This document shows positions 25,937 to 36,400 of a stretch of DNA of 41,205 nucleotides, piece by piece; the first letter of the stretch is position 1; each line of letters begins with the position of its first letter. Source of the stretch: an uncultured bacterium (GTDB lineage Bacteria > Hydrothermota > UBA3072); contig CAZRYJ010000001.1 of NCBI GenBank assembly GCA_964604245.1, positions 23,686-64,890 on the forward strand, read 5' to 3'. Below the pieces are notes generated by a model. That model ran no database searches. It was not told where the DNA came from and saw only the letters and a program-made list of their open reading frames with translations. The position numbers and the translations under genes were made by a program.

Positions 25937-26044
25937 TTAACCACAGATTACACAGATTAACACAAGATTACCACACACAACTACCCCATTTAATTTTTTT
26001 TTAACCACTAAACACACGAAAAACACTAAACCCCACAACACACC
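25937..26044 (+). repeat. two archetypal three-word modules
   Basis: 25937-25987 ttaaccacagattacacagattaacacaagattaccacacacaactacccc. 26001-26044 ttaaccactaaacacacgaaaaacactaaaccccacaacacacc, which closely matches the reverse complement of 91-134. Confidence 0.85.
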
Positions 26045-26202
26045 ATTTTTATCATGTTTTTAAAACTAGCCCCCCATACCCAAAAATTAGAAACAACGAA
26101 TTGCACGAATAGCACAAATAAAGTTTTTTGTTTCTTTTTCTGAATCCTAAATCCTAATTTTTTCATTTTGCTTTTTAATATTTAATTTTTAAACTTCTTA
26201 TG

Positions 26203-27072
26203 CTATGCTCTCGGATGAGCTTTTTTATATTCTTCTTTTAATTTTTCAATACTTACATGCGTGTAAATCTGAGTAGTAGATAAGGATTCATGGCCCAAAA
26301 GCTCTTGAACTGCCCTGAGATTCGCACCCCGGTTCAAAAGATGGGTCGCAAAAGTATGGCGCATCGTATGGGGACTCATCTGATTAAGTGTGGCAACTTT
26401 TACGATTGCTTTTTTTACTATACGCTGAAGATCTCTCTGTCCTAATCTTCTTCCGGATTTACTCATAAAAAGAGGTCCGTCCCTGTATCCTCTTGTCTCG
26501 GATATATATCTATTCAAAGTTTCAAAAGCAATTCTTGCAACGGGAAGTATTCTCTCTTTTTTGCCTTTTCCGTAGACCCTGAGCAGCTTATTTTTCATAT
26601 CAAACATCGAAAGATCAAGATTGACCAATTCGGAAGCACGAATGCCTGTAGCATAAAGCAGTTCGAGAATAGCTTTATTTCTAATATCAAATTCCGTATT
26701 CATAGAAGAAAAATCAAGGATTTTCTCTATTTCTTCTTCGGAAAGAAACGATGGAATAAATTTATCGGTCCTGGGAGTTTTAACTGAGAGAGAAGGATTC
26801 CTTTTTAAAATTTTGTTCCTTTCAAGAAATTTGCAAAATGATTTTATTGCCGAAAGCTTCCGGGAAACAGATGATTTTTTGTATCCGTAGGAAAGAAGCT
26901 CGCCCATAAATCCTCTTATATCTTTTCTGTCCATATCGGAAAATTCATTTTTTCCATTCTTCTGTAAAAAAGAACTGAATTCTTCAAGATCAGTCTTGTA
27001 ACTTTTTACTGTAAAATCCGAAAACCTTCTGCGTACTAATTCTTCAATATAACTATCTATTAATTTATCCAT
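26203..27072 (-). CDS. tyrosine site-specific recombinase, XerC/XerD type
   Basis: 289 aa. SAM-like N-domain plus catalytic residues: ATGIRASEL (Arg), HTMRHTFATHLL (HxxR), LGHESLSTTQIYTHV (His/Tyr). Confidence 0.85.
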   Translation of the reverse strand: MDKLIDSYIEELVRRRFSDFTVKSYKTDLEEFSSFLQKNGKNEFSDMDRKDIRGFMGELLSYGYKKSSVSRKLSAIKSFCKFLERNKILKRNPSLSVKTPRTDKFIPSFLSEEEIEKILDFSSMNTEFDIRNKAILELLYATGIRASELVNLDLSMFDMKNKLLRVYGKGKKERILPVARIAFETLNRYISETRGYRDGPLFMSKSGRRLGQRDLQRIVKKAIVKVATLNQMSPHTMRHTFATHLLNRGANLRAVQELLGHESLSTTQIYTHVSIEKLKEEYKKAHPRA

Positions 27073-27173
27073 TTATCAACAAAAAAAACTTCTCACACGG
27101 AGACACAGAGAACACAGAGTTTTTCATTTTGTTTTTTACTAAATCCTAAATCCAATTTTTTTCATTTCCTATG

Positions 27174-28385
27174 CTATGTTTTAAGTTTTTTCTTTTTAAC
27201 GGCAGGAAGGAGTAAATTATTCAATATTATCCGATAACCCGGCGAATTTTTGCGAAACTCCAGATAAGTGGGTGGATCTCCCACAAGATGTGTGTAATCT
27301 TCAGGATCATGTCCTCCAAGGAAGGAAAAACTACCCTTATCACATTCTCCATATATATATCTGACTTCTTTTGTATTTGGGATACCTCCCAGAATAATAA
27401 TATCAACTTTCAATTTTTCCCTATCAAAACCGGTATCCTGACCTAAAAATTCTTTTATTCTTACAGTATGATTCTGGGTTAAAATAGCAGGAATAATATC
27501 TCTTTTTGCCATAAAAGTACGGAGAAAAAAATAGCTATTTTTTCCTCTTCGCTGCGCAAGGTAGGTTATATCAACATCCGAATGCTCGTAAATATTCAAA
27601 GATGTTATAAGGCGTATATTCTTTAAAAAAAGTGTATTATTATAATCCGCTTTTATATTTGACTTAGAATCGATTCCATCGCCATCGATTTGTGAAGGAA
27701 CGATATCCACACCATAGTAACAAAGGGCAATATCCAGAGTAATCGGAGCGGAACACATGGCAAAAAGAAATCCGCCTTTGGAAACATAGTCCTTTATTAC
27801 CTTGGCAACATCATGTTTCATTTTCCAGACTTTAGAATAACCCAGGCTTCGCGCCTTCCTTTCGTTAATGTTGACAACTTCCCTGTACCAGGCAGCATTC
27901 GCATAATGACTATAAAATTTCCCGTACTGTCCGGTAAAATCCTCGTGATGAAGATGCAGCCAGTCATAATTGATGAGGGCACCTTTAAGAATATCATCAT
28001 CCCATATTCTTTCATACGGAACTCTGGCGTATTCGAGAGCAAGAGCAACCGCATCATCCCAGGGACCTTCTGTTTCGGGTATATACACCGCAACTTTGGG
28101 GGCTTTTTCCAACTTTACCCTTTCCATATTTTCTCTCTCAATGATCGCATAGATATCGTTTACCTGATCTTCATTTACCCAAAATGAAGCTACTCCCCTT
28201 TTATCTGCTTCTTTTTTTATTCCCTCAAGCCCAGGAAGAAGGAAACTGCCACCTCTGTAATTAAGAAACCACTCGGCATTAAGCCCCTCGTTTAAAACCC
28301 AGTACGTAAGACCGTAAGCTTTTAAATGATCTGTCTGCGCTCCATCCATCGGAACAAGTAAACTCGCAATAATTATAAAAAACAT
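27174..28385 (-). CDS. conserved secreted hypothetical protein; function unknown
   Basis: 403 aa from ATG 28385 (MFFIIIASLLVPMDGAQTDHLKAYGLTYWVLNEG...). The ORF-track start at 28562 reads through repeat modules. I vaguely recognise the DHLKAYG...NYRGGSF N-terminus from FCB-group proteins of unknown role but cannot verify it. Confidence 0.5.
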   Translation of the reverse strand: MFFIIIASLLVPMDGAQTDHLKAYGLTYWVLNEGLNAEWFLNYRGGSFLLPGLEGIKKEADKRGVASFWVNEDQVNDIYAIIERENMERVKLEKAPKVAVYIPETEGPWDDAVALALEYARVPYERIWDDDILKGALINYDWLHLHHEDFTGQYGKFYSHYANAAWYREVVNINERKARSLGYSKVWKMKHDVAKVIKDYVSKGGFLFAMCSAPITLDIALCYYGVDIVPSQIDGDGIDSKSNIKADYNNTLFLKNIRLITSLNIYEHSDVDITYLAQRRGKNSYFFLRTFMAKRDIIPAILTQNHTVRIKEFLGQDTGFDREKLKVDIIILGGIPNTKEVRYIYGECDKGSFSFLGGHDPEDYTHLVGDPPTYLEFRKNSPGYRIILNNLLLPAVKKKKLKT

Positions 28386-28460
28386 TTGTAAAAAAGTACC
28401 TATGTTAAACAATAAGTCAAGTGCAAAACGCGGCAAAACACCAACAACCCCCCAAACAGA

Positions 28461-28568
28461 AACCACAAGATTGCACAAGATTACCACAAGATTTCTTATT
28501 TGTTTAAAATACTTTCCACAACCCCAAAAAACAATTTTACCGCAGAGAACACAGAGCCACACTACACC
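28461..28568 (+). repeat. three-word modules upstream of the secreted-protein gene
   Basis: 28461-28494 aaccacaagattgcacaagattaccacaagattt; 28537-28568 ttaccgcagagaacacagagccacactacacc. Confidence 0.75.
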
Positions 28569-28682
28569 TTATTTTTATTTTATTTATTTAAGACCCTACT
28601 CACAACCCCTAAATTAGCCACAGATTAACATGGATACAAAAAAATTCTAAAAAATTCTAAAAATTAAAAACAATAAAAAAAC

Positions 28683-28728
28683 GGGGTAGTAGGGTAATCT
28701 GGTGTTAATCTGTGTAATCTGTGGTTAA
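28683..28728 (-). repeat. three-word module, inverted near-identical partner of 25937-25987
   Basis: ggggtagtagggtaatctggtgttaatctgtgtaatctgtggttaa. The reverse complement ttaaccacagattacacagattaacaccagattacc matches 25937-25972 at 35/36 positions. Confidence 0.85.
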
Positions 28729-28733
28729 TTAAA

Positions 28734-29465
28734 TCAAAATACTTCTGGATTATTGGAAATTATATTTCTTAAATCTCCTGCAAACTTTGTCGTTAAGAGC
28801 TTATCAACGTTTCCCAATGAATACTCATAGCCCGCGTCAAAATCTATTTTCCCTAAAAAAGGAACATTAAGAGAAGTCAATTTATTCTCTTTTTCTTCGA
28901 TTTCTGAAATTGCTATATTTTCAACGAGGCCAATCACCTTTTTCTTTGCCTCATTAGTCATACGCAATACTTTTTTCAAGGTTTCTAAAGTCAACTTCGA
29001 CTGGTTCCCAACCATAATAAACTCTATGTTATTTATAACTCTTATAACATCTAAAGTGATATCCCCGATACCCGGAGGCATGTCGATAACGAGATAATCA
29101 AGACTCCCCCATCTCGTTATAGCCAGTAGTTCAATTATTGCATTCGAAAAATCTTCTCCCCTGAGAGGCAAAGGATTCTCTCCTGCAAAATAAACAATAG
29201 ACATAAACATAATTCCTCTTACTTCAGGAGGAATAATACCCTTTTCCTCTTCGGGAAAAACATCCCCAGCACCAAGAATTATATGGTCAGTCGGACCGCT
29301 TAGATCAAGATCAAGAAGACCCACCTTGTTTCCCATGTCCTTAAGGATTAAAGCGAGCATAGAAGAGACAGAACTCTTTCCTACTCCTCCCTTACCTCCA
29401 GAAACGGCAATTATCTTCTTAATACCGGAAAACCTGGAATCAATTACATTAAATCTGGGATCCAT
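28734..29465 (-). CDS. Mrp/MinD-family P-loop ATPase, cysteine-free (candidate ATPase-type HypB partner of HypA)
   Basis: 243 aa. Deviant Walker A IAVSGGKGGVGKSS and switch region LVIDMPPGIGD. No Cys anywhere, so the CxxC Fe-S ligands of ApbC/Mrp carriers are absent. Adjacent to hypA. Confidence 0.7.
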   Translation of the reverse strand: MDPRFNVIDSRFSGIKKIIAVSGGKGGVGKSSVSSMLALILKDMGNKVGLLDLDLSGPTDHIILGAGDVFPEEEKGIIPPEVRGIMFMSIVYFAGENPLPLRGEDFSNAIIELLAITRWGSLDYLVIDMPPGIGDITLDVIRVINNIEFIMVGNQSKLTLETLKKVLRMTNEAKKKVIGLVENIAISEIEEKENKLTSLNVPFLGKIDFDAGYEYSLGNVDKLLTTKFAGDLRNIISNNPEVF

Positions 29466-29539
29466 AAAATTAACTTACCCCTTTCATAGTATTACCGATA
29501 AATTTTCCGTATTTACTCCACAAGGTAATACCCCTGATT

Positions 29540-29697
29540 GAGGCGAGGGTTGACCGTTCAGAAGGACGTCTCGGAAGCCGAGCGGCCACGGTCTCTTGAA
29601 ATACACTTATTTCAAGAGGAGCAAGGCTGAGAGCGAGCGGCAATTTCCTCGGTGGGGAAATTGACCGCGTTCCTGATGAATGGCTAACCCTCGCCTC
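29540..29697. ncRNA. candidate structured RNA (multi-helix junction); family not identified, strand unresolved (flanking genes are on minus)
   Basis: 12-bp closing helix 29540-29551 (gaggcgagggtt) with 29686-29697 (aaccctcgcctc). Inner helices: 29552-29557/29588-29593 enclosing hairpin 29570-29582; an 11-bp hairpin at 29593-29618; a 12-bp hairpin at 29637-29668. Local GC is far above the AT-rich background. The only ORF across it (29470-29907) overlaps hypA and looks spurious. Confidence 0.5.
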
Positions 29698-29764
29698 TCT
29701 TTTAATTTCAAATGCCTTAAGCTCCAGATGGTGCGTCAGGTTCTCCGTGGTTGATTTTTGCATT

Positions 29765-30172
29765 TTATAGGCTCTCCCCCTCAATGTATTCAATCCAGAC
29801 TCCCCGCCCCCTCGAAACTTCAAAATCCGGACTTCCGCAACGAGGACACTTCGAATAAACTCGAATGATATCCGGAATAAAGTGTACATACTCAGATTCG
29901 TCTTCATCTAAACCCTTAATACTTTCTTCGAAATCCCACTTGCGCCCACAAATTCTACACTCAAATGACGCATTTTCTTCTTCTACAACAAATTTGCACG
30001 TTATATTTTTCAATTTTGAAACTTCATCTAAAGCAGAATTAAAGATATCTATCTCTATCTGCTGTAATTTGCCAATTCGGACAAGCACTTTATTAACCTT
30101 CAAAAGTTTTTTTTCTTCTTTATATTTTAAAACGGTATTCGCAACCGATTCGGCTAAAGCCCACTCATGCAC
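29765..30172 (-). CDS. hypA: hydrogenase nickel-incorporation protein HypA
   Basis: 135 aa. N-terminal MHEWALA nickel-site motif and two CxxC zinc pairs (CRICG...CPRCG). Confidence 0.85.
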   Translation of the reverse strand: MHEWALAESVANTVLKYKEEKKLLKVNKVLVRIGKLQQIEIDIFNSALDEVSKLKNITCKFVVEEENASFECRICGRKWDFEESIKGLDEDESEYVHFIPDIIRVYSKCPRCGSPDFEVSRGRGVWIEYIEGESL

Positions 30173-30337
30173 AAGTTACACTCCTTTTTTTAACCTATTC
30201 AGCAAGATTCAATTGAGTATAAATTAATTTAAAGCGAAAGTCAAGGAGAAGTAAAACGACATCTACAAAATACAATTATAAGAAACCAATTATTTTTTTT
30301 ACCAGTTTACTTACATAAATCAACAAAATAAAGAATC

Positions 30338-30366
30338 TTGACATATCGGTTTGTTCTCAATATACT
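30338..30366 (+). promoter_or_regulatory. putative sigma70 promoter of the alpha-2-macroglobulin/pbpC operon
   Basis: TTGACA 30338-30343, a 17-nt spacer, TATACT 30361-30366. SD gaggagg lies 5 nt before ATG 30470. Confidence 0.5.
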
Positions 30367-30469
30367 AAATAACACTGATTTAAAAAAAATAAATTTGAGG
30401 GGGTTCTTTATCACTAATCTTCAAATTAAAATAATGTAATTATATCTATAAATTTTGAGGAGGTTGTAG

Positions 30470-33400
30470 ATGAAAAAAGATAGAAAGAAAATTTCGAAAA
30501 AAGCGACAAAAAGTTCAAAAAAAACACCTAAGATAAAAATAGACAGAAAAAAAATTTTAGAAAAAGCCAGGCAAAAAAAAGTATGGATTCCAGCACTTGC
30601 AATTATAGCTTTGATTTTAATCGCCTTTTTACTATACCCAAAAATGAAATTCGAGCAAAAACGGATAAAACAGGATACATACGAGGGCACATATCAATAT
30701 ACCCATGAAGGACTACCGGGTGAAAGCACACCACCAACTACACTGTCCAAAGAACTCAAAATAACATCTTACGGTCCGAAAGGTGAATCTCGCGGACAGG
30801 TTCAAATAAAAATATATTTCAACAATCCAATAATACCCTTAACCACTCTAAGCGATAAAATGCGAGATTCGATTTTGAAACACATTAATCTGGAACCCAC
30901 TATAAAAGGCAAATTCAGGATTCTAGGAACTTCAGGTGTGGTTTTCGAACCGGAGCACAGCCTCCCTATGGCTACTCATTATACTGTAACAATTACAAAG
31001 GGAATAAAGGATATAGCAGGAAATACACTTGCTGAAGATTTCAGCTGGGAATTCAAAACTCCTCTGCCACAAATAAATATTAATCCATATAACGGTTCAC
31101 ATCATATAGAACTCGATCAGGAAGTAAATATAAGAAGTAATACTCCTTTGGATTTAAAATCGTTAAAAAATAAAATAGAATTCTTCGAAACAGAGACAAA
31201 AAGAAAAGTAACATATGAATTTCTTGAACACGAAAAAAACCCAAAAGACAACCAGGATATCGGAACATATTACGTAAGGTATAATTATATTCTAAAACCG
31301 AAAAAAGAGTTGAAGAAAGGCACCGGATATACCGTTACACTTAACCCGGGGGTAATGACGAAAAGAGGGAATAGACCAACAGAACAAAAATATACTTCAA
31401 TTTTCCAGACCTATCCTCTATTTAGATTTACCGGATCCGGCTTCTGTAGTGACTGTGGGTACAAACTTACAACGATTCCCTATGTGGCTTTTACCAATAC
31501 ACCTGATTGGGAAAGCGTTGAAACAAACGTTACTGTTTTTCCGGGAAGTGAAAAAGACCTATTAAGCAGATATTCAGGGTGTATGAGTTATTCCTTTGGG
31601 TTCAATGAATATTTATTGGAACCTAATACTGAATATAAAGTAAACCTGAACTATGAACTGATAGATATTTACGGACAAAAATTAGAAAACCCTCAAGAAA
31701 CCTCTTTCATAACCGGAGAATTGACTCCGAAAATGTGGGGTCCAAGCGGATATCAGATTGTAACACCCAATATAGAACCCAAACTTGGAATAAAAACGGT
31801 TAATATAAACAAAGCCTTTTATGTGATCCAGGGATTGGAACCTAAAGATATTCTGGTTAGAGAACAGTTAGCTTCTTACTACATAACAGACGAACTGATA
31901 AACAATCTAAAAGTAAAAGAATCCCGACAGGACATCAAATTAAACGAAGAAAAAGTAGGAAAAGCCTATTTTGACCTCAGCCCACACCTGCGAGGCGGAA
32001 AATTCGGAGCAGTTGCCTACCGGTTCACTTCTCCAACAGTAGAGTGTTACTACGAACCAATAAAATTTAACGGTCTTATACTTCGAACAAATATCGGAAT
32101 ATACACCCAGTTACACCCTACAGGAGGTATTGTTAAATTAAACCGGCTTACGGACGGGAAACCCGTCGCTAAAGCAAAAGTCAAAATATACAGAGAAGAC
32201 GACCTGCCGAGACTGGAAGAAATCTGGGACCTGATTACCGACAAAAATATAAACAGGATATCTCCTTGCTTTAGAGGAACAACGGATTCAAAGGGAATAC
32301 TCACACTTTCAGCCGCAGAAATGCAGAAATGTACAGAAAGAAGAATAAGTAATAAAATATTGAATGAACTCTACCCACCTGAAGCAGACCCTGACGATAT
32401 TCTATACGATGCCAAAAGATATGGATTCGCCGAGCCTCCGCGTCTTTTGATAGTCGCGGAAAAGGATGATGACTGGACTTTTATTCATACAGAAGAGGGA
32501 GGAAATCCCTCTCTCTGGACTTTTGGCATAAATCCCGCATGGGAAGCAGAAAGACCCCTCTGCAGGGGAACGATATTCACAGACCAGCATCTGTATCGCC
32601 CGGGAGACACTGTTAGATTAAAAGGGATTTCAAGATATTTACTCTACGGAAAATTGCAAACCGGAAAAGGATTATCCTTTGAAATCAAGCTCCGGAATCC
32701 GCATGGTGAAGAAAAACGAATCAAAAAAGTTAAAGTGAACGAATTCGGCACTTTCAATCTTGAAATAGCCACAAAAGAGGGTCAACCACTCGGGTATTAC
32801 AGTATCACGGCAGAAAATACTAAACATAATCTAAAATTCTATGGTAATTTCAGATTAGCTGAGTTTAGAGTTCCGGAGTTCGAAGTCAAGATGGATATAA
32901 ACAAAAAAATAGTTACAGCGGGAGAACCCTTTAAAACTTCCTGGGAAGGAAATTATTATTTCGGAGCACCTATGGCGAAAGCTTCCGCATCACTTAATAT
33001 AACCCGTAGAAGAACATACTTTAGACCAAAAAACTGGGATGATTTCTCTTTTGGAGTTCCATCTTACCTGCAGGATAAAAAATCATCAATCGGCGGCAGT
33101 TACTTAAGAGAGACCATTAACCTGGATAATGATGGAAAAGCATCCAAAACCATCACTCTTCGCCGTGAAGATGTCCCTTACCATATGACTTATCTATGCG
33201 ACGCGGAAGTGACGGATGTATCAATGCAAACTTCTTCCGCAAACAAAAGCATAACGGTTTTGGCGGACAAACGTCTTATTGGCGTAAAACTGGACGACTG
33301 GATAATTGCAGCAAAAGACAAATTGAAAGCATCGGTGATAGTATCCTCACCCGAAGGCAAAGCCTTAATAGGAATACCCGTAACGGTCAAACTTATAAAA

Positions 33401-36400
33401 AGAGAATACCACTGTGTTAAAACAAAAACCCCGGAAGGAAAATTCAAAGTAGAAAATACAATGGTAAAAAAGGTCGTCAGTACTAGAGAAATAATAAGCG
33501 GTAAAGAACCAAAAGATTTAACATTCTCTCCTGAGAAAGCAGGATCATACGCCATATTTGCTGAGCTTAGAGACAGCCCCAAAAGCGGCACCGCTGCAGC
33601 AGCTTCAATATGGGTAGCGGGAGAAAGTTATGTCCCCTGGGAAGAAACCGGTGAAGATAAGTTAGAAATTATAATGGATAAAAAAGAATACAAGGTCGGA
33701 GATACTGCAAAGGCTTTCATTAAATCACCTTTTCCTGAAGCGGAATTATTTCTAACGGTCTGCAGAGAGAAGATTTTCCTCAAAGATTCAAAAGAAATAA
33801 AAGGAGGCGGCTTTACTTATACCTTTGTCGTAACTGAAGACATGTTGCCAAACGCGTACGTCGGAGCCGTACTTTACCGTCTGGGCGATCCTATTGTCCC
33901 CGTAGAAGAAGAAATAGGAAAACATATGGAAAAAATTGGATTTACAGTATTCAAAGTCTCAGTTAACGATAAATACTTGAACGTGGAAATTTCCCCGGCC
34001 AGTAAAAAACTCAGACCGGCAGAAAAATTGGATGTTGACATTAAAGTAACACGAACGGATAAAAAAGGACATAGAAGCGAACTTACAGTTATGATTGTAG
34101 ATGAAGCCGTCCTTTCTTTAACGGGATATACTCCTCCCGATCTTGTAAAAATAGTGTACTCGCACAGAGGACTTTCCGCGAGAATTACCGATAATCGTCC
34201 GTTTATCATAACAAAAGAAGAATTAATGCAGAAAGGCCAGGGCTACGGAGGCGGTACCGGCGCAATGGTTGGCGGACCAAGGGTTAGAAAGAAGTTTTTG
34301 AAATTAGCTTATTATAACCCTGCTCTTGTAACCGATAAAAATGGAATAGCACACTTTAGTTTTAAACTGCCTGATAATCTAACAACCTGGAGAATAATGG
34401 TAGTCTCTGTCGGAGAAAATAATTTATTCGGATATAAAGATGAAAAAGTAGTTGCAACACAACCATTCGTACTAAGATCCGTTCTTCCCAGATTTGCCAG
34501 GATTGGTGATAAATTTTCTTCAGGAGTTGCGATTACGAACGCTACGGAAGGTGAAGGCAGTGTTAAGGTATCAGCCGAACTTTCGGGTGAATCGGTAACC
34601 CTTAAGAAAAACGAACTGCAAGCAAACGAAACTACTATAAAATCAGGGCAATCAAAAACAATTCTTTTCCCGTTCGAAGCTGCCGGAAAAGGAGAATCAA
34701 AATTAAAATTCACCGCGTTCTTTACCGGTACCTTTGGAGGAAAAGAAATAACGGAATCCGACGCAATAGAGATACCTCTTCAGGTTAAAGAACTGCTTGC
34801 GACGGAAACAGTCGTCGCGGTCGGAGAAACACAGGAAAAAGCGGAACAAGCTATCAAAGTTGACAAAAGTGTAAGAAAAGATATGGGTGGATTACAGGTC
34901 ACGCTTTCCAGTACAGCCCTAAGTAATATCGGTGAAGGAGCAAAATACCTCGTCGAATACCCGTACGGATGCCTGGAACAGACTTCGAGCAGACTTTTAG
35001 CTCTTATTCAACTCAATTATCTTTCCGACAAATACGGATTCTCGCTTGAAGCGATAAAGTGCGTAGATAAAGTAATAGATGCAAATATAAGAAAAATCCT
35101 TCTTATGCAAAATTCCGACGGCGGATTTAAATTCTGGCCAACAAGCTGGCGATCGGATTGTTATCTCTCGCCCTATGTCGCTTATCTTTTCAAAAGATGC
35201 GATGACCTTGGATATGAAATCCCCGAAGACGCAACAGTTAACTTGCTTGGTTTTCTCGAACATACCTTAAGCAACCCCTGTTATACCTTTCTCACCTGGA
35301 AAGCATTGGCAGAATACAGAATCAATATCCTGCTGGGTATGCATTATCTGGGCAAAAAAGACGAAACTTACTTCGAAGAATATTTCAACAAAAGAAATGA
35401 ACTGAGTTATGGAGCCCAAATTAGCCTCGCATACCTGCTTTATAAATCTTCAAGATGGGAAAAAGAAGCAAGCATACTCTTAGAAGAGATCAAAAATGGA
35501 ATGTTTGTTACCGCACAGACTGCACATTTAGAAAGTCCGAAAGATTTACCCCCATCATGGCTATTTATGTATTCACCTGTAATTACAACCGCCGAAGCTA
35601 CTAAACTTTTCCTTGAAATGGAGCCTGAGAGTGAATTTATATCAAAATTTGCCCGTTATATGCTTAACGCAAGGAAAAACGGAAGATGGCGCTATACATA
35701 CGAGAACGCCAAAGCCATAGACGCCCTTGTAGAAATTTCTCTTAAAAGAGAAGCAAAACCTCCAAAATATTCGGCAGACATATTTATTGCAGGAGAAAAA
35801 GTGCTGACGCACATGTTCAAAGGACATCAATATAAACCCTTCGAAGAATTTATACCTATTACAAAATTACCGGAAACTCAGAGTAAAATCGATATTTTCA
35901 AAAAAGGCCGCGGTTACTTGTATTACGTACTCTCCTATTCATACAGACTAAAGGGAGCTCAAACCTCACGAAACGAAGGGTTTACAATAAAAAGAACGGT
36001 AAAGGATAAAGATTCCGGCAAACTCATCGCAAAATATGAAGCCCAACCCCTTGAACCTATAAAAATCGATGCGGGTGACGTTCTTGAAGTCGAGCTTGAA
36101 TTCAAAGTCAATCAGACCTCTTACCATCTTGTAATTGACGACCCCATTCCTTCGGGACTTGAAGCAATCGATGCTTCCCTGAAAACAACCTCAACACGAT
36201 ATGATACAGACTCTCAGAGTAGAACAACCATTGGGGGCTCCTGGAATCCAATAAATCACACAGAAATGAGAGATGATAGAGTTGCTCTCTTCGCCGATAT
36301 GGTTAAGCCCGGAATATATAAGTATAAATATTTACTCAGAGCAACAACATCAGGCTACTTTTTGTGGCCCTGCTCAAAAGTTAGCCTCATGTACGAACCC

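Noticed and set aside
29673-29679. Hammerhead ribozyme core (CTGATGA on the plus strand, with GAAA 12 nt upstream)
   Set aside because: The distance between GAAA and CUGAUGA is too short to hold stem III, a cleavage site and stem I. No stem II followed by GAAA lies downstream.
29540-29697. Assignment of the structured element to a known riboswitch class (lysine, FMN, T-box, glycine, cobalamin)
   Set aside because: Only short partial resemblances were seen from memory: AAGGCTGAGAGCGAGCGGC versus the L-box GGCUGAAAGG..GAGCG; AATTTCCCCACCGAGG versus the RFN AAUUCCCNACCGGCGG; GGTGG...ACCGCG versus the T-box. The other obligatory conserved blocks are missing, and gene context does not fit. The element is left unassigned pending cmscan.
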